This document shows positions 1 through 6,934 of a DNA stretch of 32,000 nt, piece by piece. The notes below the pieces were generated by a model that was not told the origin of the DNA, ran no database searches, and worked only from the letters and a program-made list of their open reading frames with translations. The position numbers and the translations under genes were made by a program. How positions within the stretch are numbered: position 1 is the stretch's first letter; each line of letters opens with the position of its first letter. Source of the DNA: Pirellula staleyi DSM 6068 (GTDB taxonomy: Bacteria > Planctomycetota > Planctomycetia > Pirellulales > Pirellulaceae); assembly GCA_000025185.1 (NCBI GenBank), contig CP001848.1, positions 2,340,001 through 2,372,000 on the forward strand. Reading direction: 5' to 3'.

Positions 1-1870
1 TCAGTTCTTCGGAGGCATCGATGTGCCAGGTGGCTTCACGGAAGGTGAGCCAGCGTTCGACCTTCAAAAGCTTCTGCAGAGCTTTGATGTTGTTTTCGAG
101 TGTGAGCCGTTCGTTGGGAACCGCATTGGTGGCGGTGGTGGCGCGGGTCGTGGCGTCGTTGATCACATCGTCGAGCGGTGCCGACTTGTCGAGATAGTTT
201 TGCTTGTGCGTGGCATACATCGACGAATCGTTTTCGACGACTGCATCTTGGATCAGTTGCAAGACAGCTCGGGCTTCGTTGACTTTGACGTTCCAGCCAT
301 TGATCAAAGCCTTATCGCCGACAGGATCAAAATCGAGTCCCTGGTAGGTAAACACGGCGTCGGCCGCTGCTTTAATCTTGGCAGCGAGTGGTTTGACGAA
401 CTTGCTGAGATCTTCGGAGTCGTCGATATCCTTCTGCATTCCCGCGACTTTGAGGTCGTCTTGGCAGTCGAGGACTTTGTTCTTGAGGTCGGTAAATTTC
501 CCCTCGAACGTCGAGATGAGAGAATTGGCTTCCCCCGAGGTGGCGACGTTTTTGGCTTTGAGGAACTCTTCATAGAGCTTGTTAAAGTCATCGCGGAAGG
601 TGAGTGCGAACGATTGATTTTGGCCAGCTAGTCCATCGACAATCCGCTGAACTTCTTCCTTCGCAGCCAGGAATTCGGCTGCCTTGGGATTGATGATATT
701 AAAAGCCTTGAGGACTTCACGGGCCTCGGTTTGGGCTTCGTCGAACTGGCTGATGCCGGTGGCGTAGTCCTTCGTCCGTTCGGTGGTGGCAATCACGTCG
801 GCGAGTTTGGCGAGCGCCATGTTCATGAACGGGCCGTCCGTGATGGCGGCGAGTTCGGTTTTGATTTTGTTGTACTGATTGGTGCGCAGCTCTTGCCAGC
901 CGCGATAGTTGCTCTCGACCGAGGCGAGCCGTTTGCGAAGTTCAGCGACGAAGAGTTCGTTGACCTGAGCGCCGGCGACATTCCACTGCAGGCGGAGGGC
1001 GGCATCTTGGCCGGTGTAATAGGCATTGATCAAATCGCGACGATCGGTCTCGGGGAGCATCTCTTCGATCGAAACGATGAGGGCGCGAGCATCCTTTTTG
1101 TGTTTGTTGTAGATCCCTTCACCCTTGTCGTAGGCATTTTTGGTGAGGGTCCACTTGGCGTTGAGTTCGGCCAGCTTTTCCTTTTGAGCAGCGCGATCGG
1201 AAGCGGCATACCAGTCGAGTTTTTTGAAGGGTAAGTAGGCTTCCGTGATGATCTTGGCGGTATCGGCGTCGTAGTTGCCGAAGGATTTGACGAGTTCCAT
1301 TCCTTTCGCGAGGAGCGCCTCGGCATCTTCGCAAATCTTCAGCTCAACTTTTTTTCCTTTGAGCGATTCTTTCGAGCGTTTGCGTTCAAGTTCTTTTTTG
1401 TCGACTTCAGTACTGAGTTCTTGCCCTACATTTTCGAGCTCGACGGTTTGCAGCTTCATCTTCTCGCGAAGTTTTTCAAGGTGCGCCTCGGCTTGCTTGA
1501 TGGGGGCTTCCCACAGCTTCTTCTCTTCCTTGGTTTGCTGCTTGATCGCGATCGTCGGCTGACGTTCTTTGAGTTCCTTGAGGAACAGCTCTTGAGCGGC
1601 GTATTCCTTGCTGATGACCTGCATGTCCCACGCCAGATTGACGTAGCGATCTTGCAGGTCTTGCATTTCGGGGGTCAGATCGCCGAACGTAAGCTGCTCG
1701 AGCTTCTCGAGTTTGTCTTTACCAAGCGTGGCAGCGTTTTTAAGTTTGCTGCGATCCCCGGTCCCCACTATTTTCATGGCCAGGATTTTGCGAGCTTCGA
1801 CGCACCACTTGTAAGCCGTGGCTACGGTGACTTGTTTTTTGTCTTCGGGAGTAGGTGTTCCGACGGACAT
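1..1870 (-). CDS. Large hypothetical all-alpha / coiled-coil protein; C-terminus runs off the left window edge (at least 623 codons)
   Basis: Absent from the supplied ORF track because there is no stop inside the window. ATG at 1870-1868 is preceded by a purine-rich GGAAGGAAG (reverse complement of ~1875-1885). I checked every TTA/CTA/TCA triplet between 2 and 1870 and none lies in this register, so the frame is open throughout. Hand translation starts MSVGTPTPEDKKQVTVATAYKWCVEARK. It is K/E/L/A-rich (e.g. KEEKKLWEAPIKQAEAHLEKLREKMKLQTVELENVGQEL), with no hydrophobic segments. The + ORFs 23-631, 731-1234 and 1421-2272 are codon-aligned antisense shadows. Confidence 0.85.
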   Translation of the reverse strand, partial: MSVGTPTPEDKKQVTVATAYKWCVEARKILAMKIVGTGDRSKLKNAATLGKDKLEKLEQLTFGDLTPEMQDLQDRYVNLAWDMQVISKEYAAQELFLKELKERQPTIAIKQQTKEEKKLWEAPIKQAEAHLEKLREKMKLQTVELENVGQELSTEVDKKELERKRSKESLKGKKVELKICEDAEALLAKGMELVKSFGNYDADTAKIITEAYLPFKKLDWYAASDRAAQKEKLAELNAKWTLTKNAYDKGEGIYNKHKKDARALIVSIEEMLPETDRRDLINAYYTGQDAALRLQWNVAGAQVNELFVAELRKRLASVESNYRGWQELRTNQYNKIKTELAAITDGPFMNMALAKLADVIATTERTKDYATGISQFDEAQTEAREVLKAFNIINPKAAEFLAAKEEVQRIVDGLAGQNQSFALTFRDDFNKLYEEFLKAKNVATSGEANSLISTFEGKFTDLKNKVLDCQDDLKVAGMQKDIDDSEDLSKFVKPLAAKIKAAADAVFTYQGLDFDPVGDKALINGWNVKVNEARAVLQLIQDAVVENDSSMYATHKQNYLDKSAPLDDVINDATTRATTATNAVPNERLTLENNIKALQKLLKVERWLTFREATWHIDASEEL

Positions 1871-2058
1871 CGTTTCTTCCTTCCGCAACCTGAGGAATCA
1901 TCACGCAGTCGCCCGGCCATGAACGGAGTCATCGCCGCGGGCTCGTGGTGCCAAGTTGGTAACTTACAAGTGATCGTGGAGTTCGAAGCTGGCGAGCAAA
2001 TATTGGGAACAGAATCTGGGGGATCGTTGGACTGGCGGATGAGAACTCACGAGGGAGA

Positions 2059-3534
2059 TTATCCGGCGAGGTTTTCTTCCACTTCGGCGAGGGCTTGGAG
2101 CAGGATGTTCTGCACTTTGACCTTCACCCCCAAGCGATTGGTGTCGATGTGCTGCACCAACTCGTTGGCGCGAACTTCATCGCGGAAGGTGTCGATCAGT
2201 TTCATGGCCTGCGTGAATTCGCTATCGCCCGAGACGATTGCTTTGTCGAGGGCGTCACGAATTTCGCCGTAGAAATCGCGCAGGTAGGACTGCATTTCGG
2301 TGACCAGTTCTTTGGCGTTTTCGGCCGGAACCTGCCGCTCGATTTCGGCTTCGATCGGGCGGAGGCGATCATTGATTTCGGAGGGGATATTGCGCCAGCG
2401 TTCGAGGAGGAACTTACGCTTGGCCACAATATCGGAGCTGATTTCCGAGGCAGCACCGGTTCCCATTTCGGCCTGGTCGACCATGGGGCCGAGTCGCTTG
2501 ATGGCAGCCAGTGCCTTTTCGAACGACCCAGCTTCGGCCTGCTCGGTGACGTAGGCAAAAATGGCTCGCATTTGCCCAGCCAGTACGCTGTCGGCCTTCT
2601 GGATCGAGGCCAGATAGCGAGGCTGAAGCTCACCGATCTGCTGGTTGTAGCGCATTTCAGCGTCGCTAGGCACCCGTGGGGCAGTTGGTGGCTCCTGCTG
2701 TTGCTCTTGGGCCTGCTGCTCTTGCTCTTCCGACTCACCGCCGTTGTTTGTGGGTGGTTGATTGGGCTCGACAACCGGCGGTGGCGGTGGGGCTAGTGAA
2801 GCGGTGATCTCTTTCAGCAGCTTGGCGAGGTTGCCAAGTGTTGCTTGAGAAGCGGGGACATTCACAGCCGAGGCTGCTGTTTTGAAGGCGGCGACAGCGG
2901 CGGCGATATCGCCTGCTCGCGTGGGAGCAGCAGCCGCCGCTTTCTTGATGGCGGGGGCCAGCTCGGCCATCTTGGCACGAAGGGCCGCGATTTTCTCGAG
3001 ATCTCCCGACGAAGGCATCGGGGGTGCTTCGGGGATCGAGCTTTTTGGGGTCGCGACTTCGCTTTCGCTCGATTCCGTTTCGGGCGACTCTTGCTCGGTC
3101 TCGGCGTTGCTAGGAGGAGGATTCGGAACCTCAGCCGTGGGGCCAGCATTTTGCGATTTGGTTGTTCCGGTCTGGCCCCCTTCATCATCATCCGGCACGA
3201 TGGGCAGGGCGGGGACAACTTTGAAGCGAGGTTTGGTCTTCAGCCCCGATTGCTCGTTAAGCAGGTCTTTGAAGGCTGGAAGGCGTACTGCCGGTTCTTC
3301 GCCGAGGACGCTGAAGACGAGTTCGTCTCCCTCTTGCGTCACGACACCTTCCCACACAATCGATCCACCCGTTTCGGTCTTCGCAGCTTTCACATCGCTA
3401 CTAAGAATCTTCTTTTGGACAATCGCTTTGAGAACGCTGGTGCCCTTGCAGATTAGGGCAAAATTCACCGGCTTTTTGCGAGCCGCTTTGATGCCCTCTT
3501 TCAGGTCTTCATCGATCTTGTCTTTGTCGGCCAT
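2059..3534 (-). CDS. Hypothetical protein: small N-terminal globular domain, acidic Pro/Glu/Gln/Ala-rich low-complexity linkers, C-terminal helical domain
   Basis: ORF 2059-3621 in the track starts at a TTG. I prefer the internal ATG at 3534 (MADKDKIDEDLKEG...), because GC3 drops in the 3535-3621 extension. Low-complexity blocks include PNPPPSNAETEQESPETESSESE, AAAAAPTRAGDIAAAVAAF and GGESEEQEQQAQEQQQEPP. I recognise no motif. Same strand as, and 188 bp upstream of, the 1-1870 gene. Confidence 0.75.
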   Translation of the reverse strand: MADKDKIDEDLKEGIKAARKKPVNFALICKGTSVLKAIVQKKILSSDVKAAKTETGGSIVWEGVVTQEGDELVFSVLGEEPAVRLPAFKDLLNEQSGLKTKPRFKVVPALPIVPDDDEGGQTGTTKSQNAGPTAEVPNPPPSNAETEQESPETESSESEVATPKSSIPEAPPMPSSGDLEKIAALRAKMAELAPAIKKAAAAAPTRAGDIAAAVAAFKTAASAVNVPASQATLGNLAKLLKEITASLAPPPPPVVEPNQPPTNNGGESEEQEQQAQEQQQEPPTAPRVPSDAEMRYNQQIGELQPRYLASIQKADSVLAGQMRAIFAYVTEQAEAGSFEKALAAIKRLGPMVDQAEMGTGAASEISSDIVAKRKFLLERWRNIPSEINDRLRPIEAEIERQVPAENAKELVTEMQSYLRDFYGEIRDALDKAIVSGDSEFTQAMKLIDTFRDEVRANELVQHIDTNRLGVKVKVQNILLQALAEVEENLAG

Positions 3535-3718
3535 CGCAGGTTCTCTTGGATTCTTAAGCGTCAGGCCCAGTGGGACGGTCGCCACAGCCAGCAGCTTAAC
3601 AATTGTGAAATGTCGTACCAAAACTTGCGATCTAGCTTCACACCCAGCGTGACTAAGGTGGATCGCACATCCACAAAATCGGACAGTTATCGTTTGCGCG
3701 AAACCGCAACAAGGGCGG

Positions 3719-3746
3719 ATTCTAGCACTCGCTTAAGGAACGTAAA
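3719..3746 (-). promoter_or_regulatory. Candidate sigma70-type promoter for the 3534<-2059 / 1870<-1 unit
   Basis: The minus strand reads TTTACG (3746-3741), a 16-nt spacer, then TGcTAGAAT (extended -10; TAGAAT = 3724-3719). Lies ~185 nt upstream of ATG 3534. Confidence 0.35.
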
Positions 3747-4294
3747 GCCACACGACACCAAAGAAAATGATGCATGAGGCTGTCTTTCTCAAGACTTCAC
3801 AAACCTCGGGTAACTATGGAGTTTGGGGACTGTGCTTTCCCCCTTGCGGCTCTCCGCCTATGAAACGCTGCTGACGAACAATTAGTAGAGGTCATTCGAC
3901 CCTAGGTCCTGAGTCGCCATGTATTCGCCGGGTGTCTAACTATCTTGAAGTCGCCTCAAAAATATTTCGAAGAGCGCGCGAGACGAAAGAGGGCAGATGC
4001 TGCGACATGCTACTGGGGGATGATCAAATCGCCTGAACGGAGAGGCTGATGAGGTTGGGGATGATTGGTGGTGTGCAAGCGTGCATCGCAGGTTGATCGT
4101 GCGTCGAACGAACCATTGCACTTTGCCCGTCTAGCTCACTCTGCTTGGTGTTGATTGGCTCCTGCCAGTTTTGCCGCTCACTGGTGACACCGCCCCGACC
4201 TGTGGGGTTGCCGCGTGGGACCTCGTAAAGATGCCCAGCCCGTTGCCGAGCGACGGAATGGCGGGGCCCAAGAACGCCTCGAGCTGGGCGCATG

Positions 4295-4344
4295 AAAAAA
4301 GCTCGTAAGTCGCTATTTGAGAGCAGCTTACGAGCTTTTGTTTT
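4295..4344. terminator. Bidirectional rho-independent terminator, ending tRNA-Ser transcription on the minus strand
   Basis: Perfect 9-bp stem GCTCGTAAG (4301-4309) / CTTACGAGC (4327-4335). It is flanked by A6 (4295-4300, which is U6 on the minus strand) and by TTTTGTTTT (4336-4344) on the + strand. Sits 8 nt past the tRNA 3' end. Confidence 0.7.
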
Positions 4345-4351
4345 AGTGGAG

Positions 4352-4433
4352 CGGAGGGCACGGGGCTCGAACCCGCAACCGTTTGCACGGCAACTGATTT
4401 CGAATCAGTCTGCTAGCCATTCGCTTACCCTCC
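4352..4433 (-). tRNA. tRNA-Ser (anticodon CGA), class II with long variable arm
   Basis: Minus-strand fold: acceptor GGAGGGU/GCCCUCC, discriminator G. Anticodon arm ACUGA-UUCGAAA-UCAGU (U33, CGA, A37). Variable arm GCCGU-GCAA-ACGGU. T arm GCGGG-UUCGAGC-CCCGU with G53-C61. CCA is not encoded directly after the discriminator. In my hand fold the D arm is weak and position 8 is A rather than U, so the exact 5' boundary and D arm need tRNAscan-SE. Confidence 0.8.
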
Positions 4434-4441
4434 ACCGCCAT

Positions 4442-4469
4442 ATTTAACTTACGCAGTGAAGTTGGGCAA
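4442..4469 (-). promoter_or_regulatory. Candidate promoter of tRNA-Ser
   Basis: The minus strand reads TTGCCC (4469-4464), a 16-nt spacer, then TTAAAT (4447-4442). The tRNA 5' end follows 8 nt downstream. Confidence 0.45.
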
Positions 4470-4546
4470 GGGCACCGCAGGGGCTCGCGTGGCGAGTTAC
4501 GGGGAGATGGGCTCGCGGCTAGTCCATTAGGTAAGGATCGTATGGT

Positions 4547-6052
4547 TTAACCGGCTCCAACACCCCGGTCGAAGGCGTCTTGCTCTTTGAGGCTGACGGC
4601 GAGGGTCGATTCGTAGAGGCTCGTGGAAATCTGCCAGGAGGGGGTTTCATCGGTGTGAGCGTTGCAGTGGCTCACCAGCAAGCGGTAGAGGAACTTGAAG
4701 AGCCGACGAGGGACGCGGAGCTGACGGAATGTTTCGATCAATCTGGCTTCGGAAAGCGAGGTATCGAACATGTCGCGCAACTTCGGCTGGACGCCTGCTG
4801 CGGCGCAAGCGCGGACACGTGCCGTGGCGAGGTCGTAGAGGGCTTCACCGGTCCACTCGAACGACGGAATCATGTTCTGCTTATCGAGCCGTGCACGCTG
4901 ATAGAAATCGCGTTCTTCGCGCTCGATGAAGCGGGTGAGTTCCATCGGCAGCATCAGCTTGAGGCCGAGCCCGGGATGCTTCAGGAACTTGTTGTCGAGC
5001 ATTGGCCACAGCAGCGCCTTCATCAGTTCCGCCGAGCCGTTGATGAGGTGCGGTTCGTCGACGCGATCCACCAGCACGATGATGCCGGGATAGCCGATCG
5101 TTTGCAAAATGCCTTGGAACTTGAGGAGCAGTTCGTAGCGATCGTCGGTGCTGTCTTTATTGGGCAAGGGCTGCGACGAGATCTCTGCGGCAGTGAAGTG
5201 CGAGAGAATCTGCCGGAGCGAATTGGTTTCGCGAAGTCCCACGCGCATCCGATGCAAAATACCGCGCGAGAGCCAAAACGTGCGCCACAGTTTGCGAAGC
5301 CACGGAATGAAGCCAGCAAGACTCAGCCCCAGATAGAGCCAAAGTGGCGAGAGCCAACTTCCTGCGCCGTTGGCGAAGAAAGCAATGATGATGATCATCG
5401 AAACGACGAGCCAGTTGATGCCGAGCGCAAGTTGCCAGTGAGCCATCAGCGGGTTGAACTTGAGTCGGCGGCGGAGTCGATGCCAACGACCTTTGAAGGT
5501 CTCGCTAGTCGACTGATCGTAGCAGGCTGCCAGTAGCAATAAATCGCGCGCTTGGTGGCGATCGAGGCGATCAATCGACGATTGTTCGACGTCGCAATGC
5601 ACGCTCGTCGTCGGCTGTTTGCTTTCGAGGATTCGATCGACCAGTCCGGTCACACCGAGCGACAAAATCGCATCCATGTGATCCCACAGTTTCCACTGCG
5701 CGAGGACCCGATCGGGGCGACGATTGCGGCTCGATTGACGATCGCGAAAGCGATCGAGAAACGGATTGAAATCGTCGTAATGAATCACCATCAACCGACG
5801 CGCTGGATTCTGCTTGCTGTACTGCTCCAAGTGACGCGCCAGTTGCAAGCGCATCGCCGTTTTGCCACTCCCTTTTTCGCCAAACACAATCGAGCTGCTG
5901 GGCTCGCCCGGATCGCCGTAGACCTTGTCCCACGTGGGATGATAGGTGCTTTCGATGCAGTGCTCTTTGAAGACCGGATCGGTCTGCGCATCTTCCTCGG
6001 CGAAGGGATTGCGGCTCATGCCGTGGTGATCGAGAAACTGCTGGATCTTCAT
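4547..6052 (-). CDS. P-loop NTPase with a two-helix transmembrane insertion between Walker A and Walker B (KAP-like topology; ExeA/AAA_22-like N-terminus)
   Basis: 501 aa starting at an ATG. Walker A is GEKGSGKT (res 58-65). Walker B is IIVLVDRVDE (res ~324-333). Two hydrophobic helices, WQLALGINWLVVSMIIIIAFFA and LSPLWLYLGLSLAGFIPWL (res ~206-252, nt ~5297-5437), sit between basic flanks (RRRLK / RKLWR). The N-terminal HGMSRNPFAEEDAQTDPVF resembles the NPF lead-in of ExeA-type ATPases. Confidence 0.8.
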   Translation of the reverse strand: MKIQQFLDHHGMSRNPFAEEDAQTDPVFKEHCIESTYHPTWDKVYGDPGEPSSSIVFGEKGSGKTAMRLQLARHLEQYSKQNPARRLMVIHYDDFNPFLDRFRDRQSSRNRRPDRVLAQWKLWDHMDAILSLGVTGLVDRILESKQPTTSVHCDVEQSSIDRLDRHQARDLLLLAACYDQSTSETFKGRWHRLRRRLKFNPLMAHWQLALGINWLVVSMIIIIAFFANGAGSWLSPLWLYLGLSLAGFIPWLRKLWRTFWLSRGILHRMRVGLRETNSLRQILSHFTAAEISSQPLPNKDSTDDRYELLLKFQGILQTIGYPGIIVLVDRVDEPHLINGSAELMKALLWPMLDNKFLKHPGLGLKLMLPMELTRFIEREERDFYQRARLDKQNMIPSFEWTGEALYDLATARVRACAAAGVQPKLRDMFDTSLSEARLIETFRQLRVPRRLFKFLYRLLVSHCNAHTDETPSWQISTSLYESTLAVSLKEQDAFDRGVGAG

Positions 6053-6080
6053 GAGGCAATCGGCCGCAAGCGGCCATTCG

Positions 6081-6232
6081 AGGGGCTAGGGACTTGAGGC
6101 TAGAGGCGAGGGGAAGGCAGAAGAGGCTAAGTAAGGAAAGGGTAGATATGGTGAGAGTATAAAGAGATTCGAAATAGGCGAGCTTGCTGCTTGCCCTCCC
6201 TAGTCTCTAGCCTCTAGTCCCTAACCCCTTCC
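6081..6232. repeat. Imperfect ~37-bp inverted repeat (CTAG-rich arms) flanking a ~76-bp AT-richer core
   Basis: Arm A is 6081-6117, aggggctagggacttgaggctagaggcgaggggaagg. The reverse complement of arm B (6194-6232) is ggaaggggttagggactagaggctagagactagggaggg. About 31 of 36 positions match by eye. The repeat fills the whole gap between the stop of 6235-6798 and the start of 4547-6052. Confidence 0.75.
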
Positions 6233-6234
6233 TC

Positions 6235-6798
6235 CTACTCCTTCACTGTCAGGCTGCCGACGAGGTCGCGGAACGCTTTTTCGTTCTCGGCGACCGTGGC
6301 CTTGGGGCCATAGAACTTCAGGAAGTAGTTGCCAACCTTCTTGTTCAGGATGATGACCGACAGCTGGCGATAGTTGTCGCGTGGAATCGCCTTCGCTCCA
6401 CTGAAAGGAGCAGGGTTATCCATGTAGGTTCCCGAGAGATCGACGTAGTGCACTTCGCAATCGGCGACTGTCAGCTTCTCGACCTTGGCTTTGGTGTCGC
6501 TGCCATCCTCTTGCTTGAACTGACCCACCCAGCGATCGATGTTGGCTTGCACTTCACCACCGGCACCCATCATGGTGAGACGGCCAGCAGCGGTGTCGTC
6601 TTTGGCGGCTGGGATTTCGAATTCCACTTCGACAATCCGTGAGCGAGGCATTTTCTTCACCCAGCCAGCCGGTGCCTTGAACGTCATTTTTCCATCGGCC
6701 ACGGTGAACGTGGTGTCGGCTGGGGCTTCGTCAGCAGCCTGGATAGCAGCGGGGATCGCCAAACAAACGAGAGTTGCGAGAGCAAAGAATAAGCGCAT
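6235..6798 (-). CDS. Secreted hypothetical protein (Sec signal peptide)
   Basis: 187 aa. The N-terminus MRLFFALATLVCLAIPAAIQA|ADE has an n-h-c signal peptide layout with an AQA cleavage motif. The rest looks globular and beta-rich, with no motif I recognise. Confidence 0.8.
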   Translation of the reverse strand: MRLFFALATLVCLAIPAAIQAADEAPADTTFTVADGKMTFKAPAGWVKKMPRSRIVEVEFEIPAAKDDTAAGRLTMMGAGGEVQANIDRWVGQFKQEDGSDTKAKVEKLTVADCEVHYVDLSGTYMDNPAPFSGAKAIPRDNYRQLSVIILNKKVGNYFLKFYGPKATVAENEKAFRDLVGSLTVKE

Positions 6799-6934
6799 GG
6801 GTCGAAGGCTCCAAAGGGAGGGAAGTTGCAGAGGGTAGGAAATCGGTCGTTAGCAACGGGCGAAAAGCCGGTCGCCACCCATAGGGAGCTGGGCACCCTC
6901 GGGAGGCGATGTCGCTTGCTGGCTAGTCACTTGG

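Noticed and set aside
23-3652. Long + strand ORFs in the track (23-631, 731-1234, 1421-2272, 2095-2796, 2845-3456, 2882-3652)
   Set aside because: They lie antisense to, and mostly codon-aligned with, the two minus-strand genes. Their translations are G/V/R/F-rich with no motifs. The minus frames give coherent, protein-like sequences and uninterrupted frames.
4016-4070. GGGGATGATTGG, resembling the 5' end of tmRNA (ssrA)
   Set aside because: There is no downstream tRNA-like T arm (GGTTCGAATCC-type) or CCA-terminal acceptor partner on the + strand. No plausible tag reading frame ends in ...AA-stop. The only T arm nearby belongs to tRNA-Ser on the opposite strand.
4580-5536. 318-aa + strand ORF, and other overlapping ORFs inside the NTPase gene
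   Set aside because: These are antisense shadows. The minus frame carries the Walker A and Walker B motifs and TM helices, while the + translation is featureless and Arg/Glu/Gly-rich.
3622-6052. Possible genomic island integrated at tRNA-Ser
   Set aside because: There is no integrase, recombinase or phage gene. I found no second copy of the tRNA 3' segment (cggagggcacggggctcgaaccc) elsewhere in the window to act as an att repeat. The flanking genes have the same compositional style as the rest.
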